Shown: positions 41,917-51,317, numbered from the stretch's first letter. The stretch is DNA of 64,000 bases from a virus (IMGVR_UViG_2639762987_000002), one strand, 5' to 3'. Numbers and translations: made by a program. Notes: generated by a model from the letters alone, not told the origin.

Positions 41917-42524
41917 TGTACGGAAGCAAGATATATCGATCTGACGGGAAGGTCTGGATGTCTCCTTCTTTGTCTCCTATCGTTTTTCAGAGAAAGCAGG
42001 TTGTTTCTTTGTCTGGCGGGACAGAGTTTAACACCCAAATATCTCCAGATCGTTCACCGATGATTTTTGTTGCCTATTCGAAAGCTGTTTCATTAATAGC
42101 CAACAGAATAGTGCGTAATAACCAGGTGATTTACAGTTTCGGAGGTCAGGGTAGCGACTCTAGTGCCACGATATACGTATTTTCGAAAGGTATAGCCAAA
42201 AAAGAAACTTGGGGCATGAGTTTTTTCAATGCGCGAGGAGAGGAGATCTATAATACGGCAAATATCCCACTTTCATTTACCTTTCTTAATAATACGGAGT
42301 GGAACAGTTCTGGAGGGCATGTTTTTGATTACCCGCCAGCGATAATCCCAACATATGCAAATGTGTTCGCGGTTCCAGTACCGGGCGGGGCCATGACAAT
42401 GGTTTATGGATATGCGGCATATGGAAATACTGTTAGTTCCATATTCGTAAACCAACTTAATGGCGGCCATAGTTTTAGCGTAAATGGCAGAGTACCGGTA
42501 ATAAATAGAAATCTGTATAACTGA
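41916..42524 (+). CDS. hypothetical protein, possible tail-fibre accessory (202 aa)
   Basis: ORF; no similarity to lambda Tfa recognised. Confidence 0.45.
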   Translation: MYGSKIYRSDGKVWMSPSLSPIVFQRKQVVSLSGGTEFNTQISPDRSPMIFVAYSKAVSLIANRIVRNNQVIYSFGGQGSDSSATIYVFSKGIAKKETWGMSFFNARGEEIYNTANIPLSFTFLNNTEWNSSGGHVFDYPPAIIPTYANVFAVPVPGGAMTMVYGYAAYGNTVSSIFVNQLNGGHSFSVNGRVPVINRNLYN

Positions 42525-42534
42525 TGAGTAAACG

Positions 42535-42765
42535 ATGAAAAGATTATTTCTAACAATAGCTGTTGTTCTCTCTCTTACTGGCTGTCAGAAATTGCCGACA
42601 CCCATATGTTATGGTGAGGCTATCATTGGTGGACAGGAGACAGTCATACCTATATATGCTGTTAAAAAGGTTAACGGCTATACCTTATACAAAGCGGGTA
42701 GCATCTATAACTGGCGATGGGTTGGAGTAGGTGCTTTCTCATCAGTGCGTTGCAATGCTGAATGA
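42535..42765 (+). CDS. small lipoprotein (76 aa)
   Basis: Signal MKRLFLTIAVVLSLTGC with lipobox LTGC. Confidence 0.6.
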   Translation: MKRLFLTIAVVLSLTGCQKLPTPICYGEAIIGGQETVIPIYAVKKVNGYTLYKAGSIYNWRWVGVGAFSSVRCNAE

Positions 42766-42846
42766 TAAGTAAGTACACACCTACAACAAAAGGGTGAAAT
42801 GTGATATAAATCCGCCATCCCGATTTGACTTTTCATGGAGGAAAAC

Positions 42847-43170
42847 ATGTCGAACGAGATGGCGGGCGTTACAACAGAGCAAGTTGAGCGTATTGCCGCG
42901 ATCGTTGCTAGGGAGGTTGTTGGCAAATTAGGTAAAGAGCTACGTGAAGAAATTGGCCAGGAGGTCAATAATCAGCTGAAAACCTACTTTGGTGATATGA
43001 CCCCGGCGCAACATAGTATTCAACACTCCAATCTGGACAAACTCCTTAACCGGTTAGATTCCATCTCCAGTGGGTTCTTTGGCGGCATTGTTTCTAAAAT
43101 AACGTCGTTCATTATTACTGCACTGCTTTTGGGGTTAGCCGCGTATGGCGTAAAAAATGGACTGCAATAA
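42847..43170 (+). CDS. membrane protein, possible holin (107 aa)
   Basis: Single C-terminal TM helix ITSFIITALLLGLAAYGV; ATG 42847 after RBS ggagg; first gene of putative lysis cassette. Confidence 0.4.
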   Translation: MSNEMAGVTTEQVERIAAIVAREVVGKLGKELREEIGQEVNNQLKTYFGDMTPAQHSIQHSNLDKLLNRLDSISSGFFGGIVSKITSFIITALLLGLAAYGVKNGLQ

Positions 43171-43183
43171 CAGGAGATCAAGG

Positions 43184-43876
43184 ATGAAGACTCCGAGAGG
43201 CATTCGTAATAATAACCCCGGTAATCTTGATAAAGGATCACCGTGGCAAGGTCTGGTTGCGAATCCAGGCGAACCGCGCTTTTGCACGTTTAAAGACCCT
43301 GTTTGGGGAATTCGTGCGCTGGCGGTGACTCTAATTACCTACCACGACAAACGTCGCGCAAAAGACGGCTCAAGTATCGATACCATTCGTGAAGTTATTG
43401 AACGTTGGGCACCGCCGAATGAAAACAATACTGACGCCTACATTAATGAGGTGTCTAAAGCCGTTGGTGTAACCGCAGACATGATCATCGATCTGCATGA
43501 TTACGACATCCTTCGACCTTTGGTTGAGGCAATCATTCGCCACGAGAATGGCCGAGGCCCGCTAAAAACGCTGAACACCTGGTATGCGGCAGAAGTAATT
43601 GAGGAAGGTCTGCGTCGAGCTGGCGTTGTTAAGCCGGTGAAAACCGTGAAGGCTGTTCCTGTAACTAAAGAAACCGCAGGCGCAACTGTTACAGCAGGTA
43701 TTGGTCTGGCGCAGCTGGCCGATGTTATGCCGCAGGTTTCCGCTGCTATGGATAAAGCACAAGGTCATATCTCTAGCGGGGATACAGTACGCATCATCTT
43801 CGGTATTGCCACTATTGTTGTGGCAGGATTCATTGCCTGGTCGCAGGTAAGAAAACACCAGAAAGGGATGGTCTAA
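43184..43876 (+). CDS. putative endolysin / cell-wall hydrolase with C-terminal membrane anchor (230 aa)
   Basis: Position between holin-like and spanin-like genes; conserved-looking RNNNPGNL motif; C-terminal hydrophobic helix; family not assigned. Confidence 0.4.
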   Translation: MKTPRGIRNNNPGNLDKGSPWQGLVANPGEPRFCTFKDPVWGIRALAVTLITYHDKRRAKDGSSIDTIREVIERWAPPNENNTDAYINEVSKAVGVTADMIIDLHDYDILRPLVEAIIRHENGRGPLKTLNTWYAAEVIEEGLRRAGVVKPVKTVKAVPVTKETAGATVTAGIGLAQLADVMPQVSAAMDKAQGHISSGDTVRIIFGIATIVVAGFIAWSQVRKHQKGMV

Positions 43877-43877
43877 T

Positions 43878-44129
43878 ATGCTAGGCAGCCTGATGACAAA
43901 GCTAAAAGTTGCTTTGATTACGCTGGCTGCCGTTCTTTTCGTTCTTGTCGGCGCTTACACGATGGGCGGGAATGCGGCGCGACGAGCAATGGAAGAGAAG
44001 GCAAAACAGGAAGACAGAAAACGACTTCAAAGCACAGTGGATGTCAAAAATGAAACGGTTAATGAAGTGCGGCAAAAAGATGCCTCTGGTGTTCATCGCG
44101 AGCTGTTTGATAAATGGGTGCGTGATTAA
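43878..44129 (+). CDS. i-spanin, Rz-like (83 aa)
   Basis: N-terminal TM helix then charged coiled-coil periplasmic domain. Confidence 0.55.
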   Translation: MLGSLMTKLKVALITLAAVLFVLVGAYTMGGNAARRAMEEKAKQEDRKRLQSTVDVKNETVNEVRQKDASGVHRELFDKWVRD

Positions 44130-44286
44130 GACGCAGGCTCCAGGCGTGCTATTCTGCGATGCTGCAAATCCTATTTATGTGAGTAGAGAGGATTTTATGA
44201 CTGAGGAAACGGAGCGACAGTTGCTTATCCACAATACGATAGGTGAAAGGCTGTGTGAGTGGGGGGCACCTGAACTGAGTCGATGA
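44041..44286 (+). CDS. putative o-spanin, Rz1-like lipoprotein, overlapping Rz in another frame
   Basis: Within the listed ORF 43945..44286: KRLMKCGKKMPLVFIASC gives a lipobox (IASC); start codon uncertain (44041, 44050 or 44062). Confidence 0.4.
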   Translation: MSKMKRLMKCGKKMPLVFIASCLINGCVIKTQAPGVLFCDAANPIYVSREDFMTEETERQLLIHNTIGERLCEWGAPELSR

Positions 44287-44502
44287 TTGATGAGTGGTCT
44301 CAGTTTACCTTTTATCCTAAAGATGGCATCTTCACTCATATACACGCCTGTTCACTCAAGCTCATGTTGAATCATTTAGTAATTTGATGTAGATTTATTA
44401 GGCATCCACGTAAGTGGGCACATACAGGCTACGCATCCTCGTAGCCTTCAACCCCGAGAGGGGTGCCGCAATGACACTTGTGTTAACGGCTAAGGTGGAC
44501 AC

Positions 44503-44886
44503 ATGCTGAACGAGAAACGTTCTATACAAACTATTCGCGATTGCACGAGTATTATCGAGACTCATGTGCTGAATCAGCACAAGCTTGAAGTACGTAAGCT
44601 CAATAATGACGCTATTGAACCGGAAGACTCACGCTTCATCGTTACCTTCAAAGACGATGTTGAGCGCGCTGGTGCAAGCGTGAAGCCATTAGCTGAAGCA
44701 ATTTACCTGAATGGTCGTGTTCGTTTTGTAGTCAAGCCAGCTAAACAGTACCCTGAGCTGTCTCGTTTTATCGAGGCTTTTTCGGAGGTTATTGAACATT
44801 CTATTCGCCGCTTCTTACGCAATCATGGTAGCATTGTCAGCACGGTTAAGGCTGATGATTCTGCTACAAAATGGCTCCTACACTAG
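44503..44886 (+). CDS. hypothetical protein (127 aa)
   Basis: ORF with RBS aaggtgg. Confidence 0.55.
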   Translation: MLNEKRSIQTIRDCTSIIETHVLNQHKLEVRKLNNDAIEPEDSRFIVTFKDDVERAGASVKPLAEAIYLNGRVRFVVKPAKQYPELSRFIEAFSEVIEHSIRRFLRNHGSIVSTVKADDSATKWLLH

Positions 44887-45623
44887 ATAGCGCATATTCA
44901 AAAGATCTAAGCGAGTTTCCTCATAAAGGGGAGACTCGTGTTGTTCGTTTTGGCTTTCTTATCAATGAAGCCTCCCTCTATAAAATCTCAGAAATTGAAA
45001 TCATTGAACCAGAAGATGACATTTGCCTGTATGTCTCTATGGAACTTGTAGGTGCGCGCGACCAAGGCGACCTGAGCGAATTCATCTTAGATCGAGCGGA
45101 TGAAGATGCCCCTGAAGAAGAGATTATCAAAGAGGTGCTCCAGTCCGGGCTTCTGGACGAAAACAAAAATACGATCGCTGGTAGGATAGCTCTGCGTGAA
45201 TATAGTTTTGTTGAAGACGGTAATGAGATCGAATGTTACCAGGTAGCCGGTGTCGAAACTGTCAGAGAGCGTCGTCAGCGAGGATTGTGTCACCGTACCT
45301 ATCTCTTTCTTCTTCATTGGTATGAGCATTTAGTCTGCGACGATACACAAACCATTCCTGGTGCTAAGATCTGGGCAGGGCCTCTCATGCGAACCGGCGA
45401 TGTGCGTATATACAATGCCAAAACAGAAACGTTCGAGGATGTGTTAGGTGAGTACGGGATGGGGAAAGAAACCGGATTTTTGCCGTGGAACAGAGGATTG
45501 TTGCTTGATGCAGAGTTAAGCTCTTGGCTCCCAAACAAAGTGCAAGTTAACGTTCAGAAATTTATCGTACTTATCATCTCCCGCAAAACAAGAACTCCAG
45601 TAGGTTTATACCTAAAAGATTAA
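44871..45623 (+). CDS. hypothetical protein (250 aa)
   Basis: ORF overlapping the upstream gene by 16 nt. Confidence 0.55.
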   Translation: MAPTLDSAYSKDLSEFPHKGETRVVRFGFLINEASLYKISEIEIIEPEDDICLYVSMELVGARDQGDLSEFILDRADEDAPEEEIIKEVLQSGLLDENKNTIAGRIALREYSFVEDGNEIECYQVAGVETVRERRQRGLCHRTYLFLLHWYEHLVCDDTQTIPGAKIWAGPLMRTGDVRIYNAKTETFEDVLGEYGMGKETGFLPWNRGLLLDAELSSWLPNKVQVNVQKFIVLIISRKTRTPVGLYLKD

Positions 45624-45628
45624 AAATC

Positions 45629-45652
45629 AGGCGACTTTGGTCGCCTTTTTTG
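45629..45652 (+). terminator. Rho-independent terminator
   Basis: Hairpin ggcgactttggtcgcc followed by tttttt. Confidence 0.8.
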
Positions 45653-45799
45653 TTAACAGCCATTGATTCTCGCCTAAAAATTCTAAGGCAGCACCTACCA
45701 TTTAACCTTTACACCACAGCCGTAGGCATTTAGGCTATATCACATATAAGAAAACAAGTTGTTTCAGACGATAATTATATACGCAAAGGGAACTCTCCA

Positions 45800-46468
45800 A
45801 TGACCAAGATCTTTGTGGTTGGCGGCACAAAGGGCGGGCCTGGCAAATCCACCGTTGCCCAGCAAATTGCCGTTTGCCTGAAAGTCAAAAAGAAGAAGAA
45901 GGTTTATATCACTGATATAGATATTCAGCGCACGACAACAAGCTGGTGTGAAGACCGTCGACAGAACGAAGACCTTGAGCTGATTCCTTTTGCATACGTT
46001 CAGGATGACATCATTAAGCACCTAAAATCGCTTCAGGGTAGAGCTGAGTTTGTAGTGGTAGATGCTGGTGGCTTCGACTCCGAAATTCAGCGACAAGCGA
46101 TGCTGATGGCTGACGTTATCATTATCCCGCTGCGTCCTAAGCGTCGTGATTTGAAATCTTTACGTGACATCGATCCTATTATCGACAATGTTCGCAATGT
46201 AAACGATAAAGTGAAGGTCCGCGCGGTCATGAACCAGTGCCCGGCTTTGCCATCACAAGTGTCTCGCATTCTGGCGGCTAAAGAGATTGTTGAGACGTTT
46301 GGCATCGAGTCTGCGCCAGTCAATCTATATAACCGCAACGTCTATGATGATGCGGAAGAGTCTGGTCGTTCTATCTTTGAAATGACCGGTAGCGAGCGCG
46401 ACAAAAAGGCGGAAGCCGAGTTTGAAGAATTTGTAGATTATCTGTTGAGTCTGGAGGAAGAAGAATAA
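45800..46468 (+). CDS. parA: ParA/ParF-type partition ATPase (222 aa)
   Basis: Deviant Walker A GGTKGGPGKST; followed by a small RHH protein; motif-1 upstream. Confidence 0.8.
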   Translation: MTKIFVVGGTKGGPGKSTVAQQIAVCLKVKKKKKVYITDIDIQRTTTSWCEDRRQNEDLELIPFAYVQDDIIKHLKSLQGRAEFVVVDAGGFDSEIQRQAMLMADVIIIPLRPKRRDLKSLRDIDPIIDNVRNVNDKVKVRAVMNQCPALPSQVSRILAAKEIVETFGIESAPVNLYNRNVYDDAEESGRSIFEMTGSERDKKAEAEFEEFVDYLLSLEEEE

Positions 46469-46827
46469 TGTCCATGAAAATGGGTGACCTAGCAAAGCGC
46501 AAAGAGCCTGATGCACCGGCTAAGAACACAACTCCTTTGCGCCAACCAGTCAGACCACAGGGACGCCCGACTCGTGGCAAAGAGAAAATTAAAAGCCGCA
46601 CAATGTCACTGGAGGACGAATACTTCGAACTGCTGGAGATGATGAAGTTCATCCCTCGCTTCGAGAAGTTCACTCGTTCTGACGTGATTCGAGCAGCCAT
46701 TTTCCATCTGGCAGAGAAGTCACCGCAGGAAATCGAGGACATCGTGAAATTGAATGAGGCGATCACCGCTGCCGATGTCACGATGCGTACCGATGAAATT
46801 AAACGAGAGTTGATGAAGAAAGGTTAA
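46468..46827 (+). CDS. ParG-like ribbon-helix-helix centromere-binding protein (119 aa)
   Basis: C-terminal RHH-like segment, basic disordered N-terminus, start overlaps parA stop. Confidence 0.65.
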   Translation: MSMKMGDLAKRKEPDAPAKNTTPLRQPVRPQGRPTRGKEKIKSRTMSLEDEYFELLEMMKFIPRFEKFTRSDVIRAAIFHLAEKSPQEIEDIVKLNEAITAADVTMRTDEIKRELMKKG

Positions 46828-46828
46828 A

Positions 46829-46868
46829 AGTTATGCATTGGCGCAATGTACGCGCCAATGCATAACTA
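46829..46868. terminator. Perfect 15-bp-arm inverted repeat, probable bidirectional terminator
   Basis: gttatgcattggcgc aatgtac gcgccaatgcataac between convergent genes. Confidence 0.55.
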
Positions 46869-46879
46869 CAGTGTCAGCT

Positions 46880-47647
46880 TTATGCCGCGCTAACACTATG
46901 TTCAGTCCTAACCACCCCAACCTTCACAAAAGGGCTACCGTAGCTTGGTGGCTTCTTGATTAATTTGCCTACATACAGTTTTCTAATATGCTCATCGGCT
47001 ATTCTGCCAACAAATTCATAACGTTTTGTGTCGGGGCCAAGAGCTATATCCCTTGTAAAGTACTGCTGAGAACCGGCTTTGACCCAGCATTCAATCTGAT
47101 AAACTTCCATTATCAGCCCACCATATGTAGCGTAGGCATATTTGAGATTCTCGTCTCTTGGAACCTTTGCCCATACGCCACGCGTAGCTTCATATAATGC
47201 CAGAGCGGACATTCCTGACTTGTAGGTGCTGTTTAGCAGGAAGGCAAGACCGGCGTGCTCAGGAGCAATTTCAGTTTCCTCTTGCAGCACTAAGTGATGG
47301 TAGGCGTCCAGTGATATTCTGCCCATCATGGAACCACTTCCTCGTACCTTATTCGTAAGCTCTCCGACCCCCATAAGGTCGATGCATGTCGCCTCAACAA
47401 GTTTGGCTGTGGTTTCATCCATACCATGACGAAGTATATCTATGCCTAATTTTTTATTAGCCAAAAGTTCTTTGATCCGCATGGATTTGGGAGAGTCATC
47501 GGGATACTTGATGTGATCGAGACAACGAGTCGATTTGCCTTTTCCTATGTAAAACGGTCTTTTCATCTTGTCTTCTGTATCATAGAGACAGTAAACATAG
47601 TATTTAGCCTTATCCAATGATCTCGCGTATACCGATAAATCGTCCAT
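46880..47647 (-). CDS. GIY-YIG domain protein, free-standing endonuclease-like (255 aa)
   Basis: N-terminal YVYCLYD...(11 aa)...FYIGKGK fits the GIY-(x9-11)-YIG motif; lone minus-strand gene between large palindromes. Confidence 0.6.
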   Translation of the reverse strand: MDDLSVYARSLDKAKYYVYCLYDTEDKMKRPFYIGKGKSTRCLDHIKYPDDSPKSMRIKELLANKKLGIDILRHGMDETTAKLVEATCIDLMGVGELTNKVRGSGSMMGRISLDAYHHLVLQEETEIAPEHAGLAFLLNSTYKSGMSALALYEATRGVWAKVPRDENLKYAYATYGGLIMEVYQIECWVKAGSQQYFTRDIALGPDTKRYEFVGRIADEHIRKLYVGKLIKKPPSYGSPFVKVGVVRTEHSVSAA

Positions 47648-47758
47648 TATTGCATCTCTTTGCTACTGACTAATGCGTTCTATTTTACACATAAGTTTTT
47701 AATCAATTTAACAGGCTCAAAGTGTAGAGCTTCTGGGCGTCTAAGACGACAAGTTATG

Positions 47759-47813
47759 CCTGTTTCTGTATATATAAATAATAAGTAACTTATTAAATAT
47801 ATACGGAAGCAGG
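47759..47813. repeat. 55-bp near-perfect palindrome, copy B
   Basis: cctgtttctgtatatataaataataagtaacttattaaatatatacggaagcagg; one difference from copy A. Confidence 0.85.
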
Positions 47814-47920
47814 TCTTTTAAAAGACACCACCAGAACAACTCCCTTCCGTTTCCACTTCCAAAAACTGCCACCAGTCGCTATCATCCGCTCATTGTGATA
47901 AGTAAGTAACTACCTACCAG

Positions 47921-48670
47921 GTGAGCCACATGAGCCAAATCTTTTTCGATACCATCGACAACGACCAGTACGACTTCATGACAGAGTGGAATACCGCTGT
48001 TATGGACAAGTGGGTCGCTGAAAACATTGGTTTGTCGCGCTGTAAAGACGAGGCTGAACTCTTCGAGACGAAGTGGTTTGATTACCGCGACATGCATCCT
48101 CTCATGGCCACCTGTCTTTTTACGGAGGCATACAAACGTCAGTACTCAAATATCATGCTGACGCACGGTCGCGAACACTTTGAAACAGCTCCGTTCACCA
48201 CCGGGTTAAAACGCCTGCCTTATCAGGAGTTGTCGACTGCCAATAAAACGTCGCTATGGAAAGCACGCCAGTTTGCGGATCGCTATTGCTGCTCATACGA
48301 CTACTTTATCTCCACCGTTCTTTCCGCAGCTGCACGACGGCTGTGGGACAAGCTGCCGCGCCCACAGCATTTGTGGCAGCCAGAACTGATTGAGATATTT
48401 GAAGAGAAATTAGCCAGACGCGCAACAACCCGTCTGGATGACTCTCTGGTTAGCTTTAAGCATATGGGAGACATGCAGTTCAACCCGATTCAGGAAAGCT
48501 ATTTTGAGTGGATTCTGGAGCGTTTGCGCACCATCCCTCGCAGCAAGCGCATACGCGCAATTTTCTCCGCTATCTGGCTAATGGAAATCGTTCCAGAGCG
48601 CCTTATTTCCGCCCACTTTCCAGAAGAACTGGAAGAAGCACGGCGGTTTATTGATCCCCTATCTAATTAA
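47921..48670 (+). CDS. hypothetical protein, first gene of replication module (249 aa)
   Basis: ORF; motif-2 upstream. Confidence 0.55.
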   Translation: MSHMSQIFFDTIDNDQYDFMTEWNTAVMDKWVAENIGLSRCKDEAELFETKWFDYRDMHPLMATCLFTEAYKRQYSNIMLTHGREHFETAPFTTGLKRLPYQELSTANKTSLWKARQFADRYCCSYDYFISTVLSAAARRLWDKLPRPQHLWQPELIEIFEEKLARRATTRLDDSLVSFKHMGDMQFNPIQESYFEWILERLRTIPRSKRIRAIFSAIWLMEIVPERLISAHFPEELEEARRFIDPLSN

Positions 48671-48713
48671 CTAATACTAGAAAACAATTTGTTTAAAAAA
48701 CAAAGGAAAGCAC

Positions 48714-50054
48714 ATGACCGAACTTTGCCATACAGGACGCGGGCTGTCCGAAGAGTTTGATGAAGATTTCCAGAACAGACTGACGGCATATTTTTGTCGT
48801 GATCACGAGTTTCTTACTCGTGCGGGAGATCTGGTTGTGCCTAGCCAGTTTGCCAATGCGGCCAATGCCATATTGGTTAATATGGTTTCGGGCTATTACC
48901 GTATGTACAAGAGCGCGCCCTCTTCATCTGCAATTCTGGATATGCTTAAGCGTGCGAAACGCGATAAGACTATCCGTGAGGAACTATTCGCCGATGTTGT
49001 TGCTGCGTTTAAGCGCATTCTTGCAGAAAAATTGTCCGATACCTCGTACATGGTTGACCAGGTATCAACCTTCGCAAAAAGTGTAGCGTTTGATGATGCT
49101 CTGATTAAGGCTGCTGAACTGAAAGAGAAAGGCGACTTTCAGGGGGCGATGGCAATCATGGCCAAGGTTCAGCAGATTGGATCGAACGAAGCGACCGGAA
49201 TCTATGACTACTACACCTCCGCAAGTGAGCGATTGAAAGCGCGTGAATATGAGGCTTCAGAGGAGTATGTACCAAACAGTATTACAACTGGACTCCCTCT
49301 TCTCGATAGGTTGCTGTACCAAAAAGGCTGGGCAAAGCGCGAAATGGTGCTCTTCATGGGGTTCGCTAAATCCGGTAAATCGACCGCAATGGGTGAGTTT
49401 TCCATAAACGCAACGCTTGCTGGCTACAATGTTCTGTATCTCTCGCTGGAGGTTCACACCACCATTTTATCCGACCGTTTTGATGCAAGATTGTCGGAGA
49501 CAGAAATGTCCAAGCTGGTGGAACGGCGCGATGAGGTTCATCGTAAGTTGGCAGAGTTGGGAGCCACGAAGGGGATTGGTAGTTTGTGGGTGGTTGAGCG
49601 TCCGTCAGGAAGTATGTCACCGGCAGATCTGGACCGTATGCTTAACAGCATGAAAGCCAACGGCATGGTACCTGACATGGTTGTTGTCGACTACGCAGAT
49701 TTGATGCGTGCCAGTTATGACCTTCGTGATGATCGCGCCAACATTCGTAGTATCTACACCGATTTACGTGCTCTTTATGACAAGCATAACGTTGCTGGGA
49801 TCACGGCATCGCAGACAAACCGTGAAGGTGGCGCGTCAGAAGTTGCCACAATGATGCACGCTGCCGACAACATCGAAAAAGTACGTATTGCTGACCTGGT
49901 AATAACGATCAACAAAACCGAAGAAGAAGAAGCGAAAGGAGAGGCTCGTCTCTACTTTGCCGGTTCACGTAACCAGCAGGGAGGGATCAGCATTCGCGTT
50001 AAACAAAACCTCGAACAAATGCGCTTCATTGAGCGAATCTTAGACGTTACCTAA
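48714..50054 (+). CDS. DnaB-like replicative helicase (446 aa)
   Basis: C-terminal RecA-like core: Walker A GFAKSGKST, Walker B MVVVDYADLM; motif-1 18 nt upstream. Confidence 0.75.
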   Translation: MTELCHTGRGLSEEFDEDFQNRLTAYFCRDHEFLTRAGDLVVPSQFANAANAILVNMVSGYYRMYKSAPSSSAILDMLKRAKRDKTIREELFADVVAAFKRILAEKLSDTSYMVDQVSTFAKSVAFDDALIKAAELKEKGDFQGAMAIMAKVQQIGSNEATGIYDYYTSASERLKAREYEASEEYVPNSITTGLPLLDRLLYQKGWAKREMVLFMGFAKSGKSTAMGEFSINATLAGYNVLYLSLEVHTTILSDRFDARLSETEMSKLVERRDEVHRKLAELGATKGIGSLWVVERPSGSMSPADLDRMLNSMKANGMVPDMVVVDYADLMRASYDLRDDRANIRSIYTDLRALYDKHNVAGITASQTNREGGASEVATMMHAADNIEKVRIADLVITINKTEEEEAKGEARLYFAGSRNQQGGISIRVKQNLEQMRFIERILDVT

Positions 50055-50060
50055 AAAATA

Positions 50061-50083
50061 AGCGTGGAGAACACCTCCACGCT
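50061..50083 (+). terminator. stem-loop, weak terminator or attenuator
   Basis: 8-bp stem gcgtggag/ctccacgc; no clean T-run. Confidence 0.35.
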
Positions 50084-50135
50084 TGATTCATTGGTGAAAC
50101 AACTTTTCTTTTGCCAAACCACAAAAGAAAAACAC

Positions 50136-51317
50136 ATGAGCCTTTATGTTATATCAACATTTAGGTTGGTCACAATATTGCCTGTTAAAAGTGGAATTAT
50201 CGTGAGCGAGCTGAAAGAGCTAATTACCGAATTAGATTTTGAACAATGGTTGGATACTGAAGGTATCGTTTATCGACGTGGAGGCGTGAGTACTCGCGGT
50301 CGTGAAGTGAATATCAAGGAGTGTCCGGTATGCGGCAGCTCCAACTGGAAGGTATATTTCAATCTGACCAGTGGCGTCGGTAAATGCTTCGCTGGTGATC
50401 ATCCCGAAGAGATTCAGTTCAATAAGCTGGTCTTCCTCAAGCACTACAGCGGCAAATCACGACGACAGTTCGAGGAATATGTGCAGAACGCCCTTCTTTC
50501 CCAGGGGTGGGCACCAAAGAAAGAAGAGCTAGTGCTTGCAAGCACAGTCGAGTTAGAGGAGCCAGTTGCACTCCCTCGTCATTACGAGCTTCCTATAGAT
50601 GGCCGTCTTCCAGACTATCTGGTTGAACGAAACATATCGCCTGAAATGGCAAAGTATTTTGACCTACGATACTGCGTCGAAGGCAAGCACGCCTATGTAG
50701 ATCCGTATACAGATCAGGTTAAAGGACAGATATTCGATATGCGAATACTGATACCGGTTTACGATCTGGATGGGGTAATGAAGACATTTCAGGGACGAGA
50801 CATTACCGGTACAGCAGAACGCCGCTACCTCTTTCCTATGCAACTTCCAGCTTCAGGTAAGTTTCTCTACAACGGCCATAATGCAGTCGGCAAACAGACT
50901 GTAGTTGTCTGTGAGGGGGCGTTCGATGTTATGGGGGTTAAACGAGCTATTTTTGACGAAGAAACATTACGTGATTACGTGGAACCAATAGGAACGTTCG
51001 GGATGCATCTATCTGGTAACACCACTCAGGATGCAGAAGATCAGTTAGGCGCGTTCCTGACGCTCAAGGCGCGTGGATTACGTAATGTGATCATGATGTG
51101 GGATAGTGAAAAGCAAGCTATACGCAACACGATGGCCGCAGCCAGGCGACTGACCAGTATCGGTCTTAATGTCAAAGTTGCGTGTTTGGGTGAGGAAGGA
51201 CTCGACCCGGGCGGTGCAACGCCAGAACAAATTATCAAAGCCTATTATCGGGCAAAACCGTATACCAAACAGTTGGAGTTGCAAAGCAAGGTTTTGGGCA
51301 TTAAGGCTCTATCATAA
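50136..51317 (+). CDS. DNA primase, zinc-binding plus TOPRIM (393 aa)
   Basis: CPVCGSSNWKVYFNLTSGVGKCFAGDH zinc-ribbon and TOPRIM VVVCEGAFDVMG; start moved to ATG 50136 because the listed 50064 start lies in the upstream hairpin. Confidence 0.75.
   Translation: MSLYVISTFRLVTILPVKSGIIVSELKELITELDFEQWLDTEGIVYRRGGVSTRGREVNIKECPVCGSSNWKVYFNLTSGVGKCFAGDHPEEIQFNKLVFLKHYSGKSRRQFEEYVQNALLSQGWAPKKEELVLASTVELEEPVALPRHYELPIDGRLPDYLVERNISPEMAKYFDLRYCVEGKHAYVDPYTDQVKGQIFDMRILIPVYDLDGVMKTFQGRDITGTAERRYLFPMQLPASGKFLYNGHNAVGKQTVVVCEGAFDVMGVKRAIFDEETLRDYVEPIGTFGMHLSGNTTQDAEDQLGAFLTLKARGLRNVIMMWDSEKQAIRNTMAAARRLTSIGLNVKVACLGEEGLDPGGATPEQIIKAYYRAKPYTKQLELQSKVLGIKALS

Noticed and set aside
50064-50135. Primase start at 50064 as listed
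   Set aside because: That ATG lies inside the hairpin after the helicase gene and upstream of motif 1; ATG 50136 directly follows the motif.
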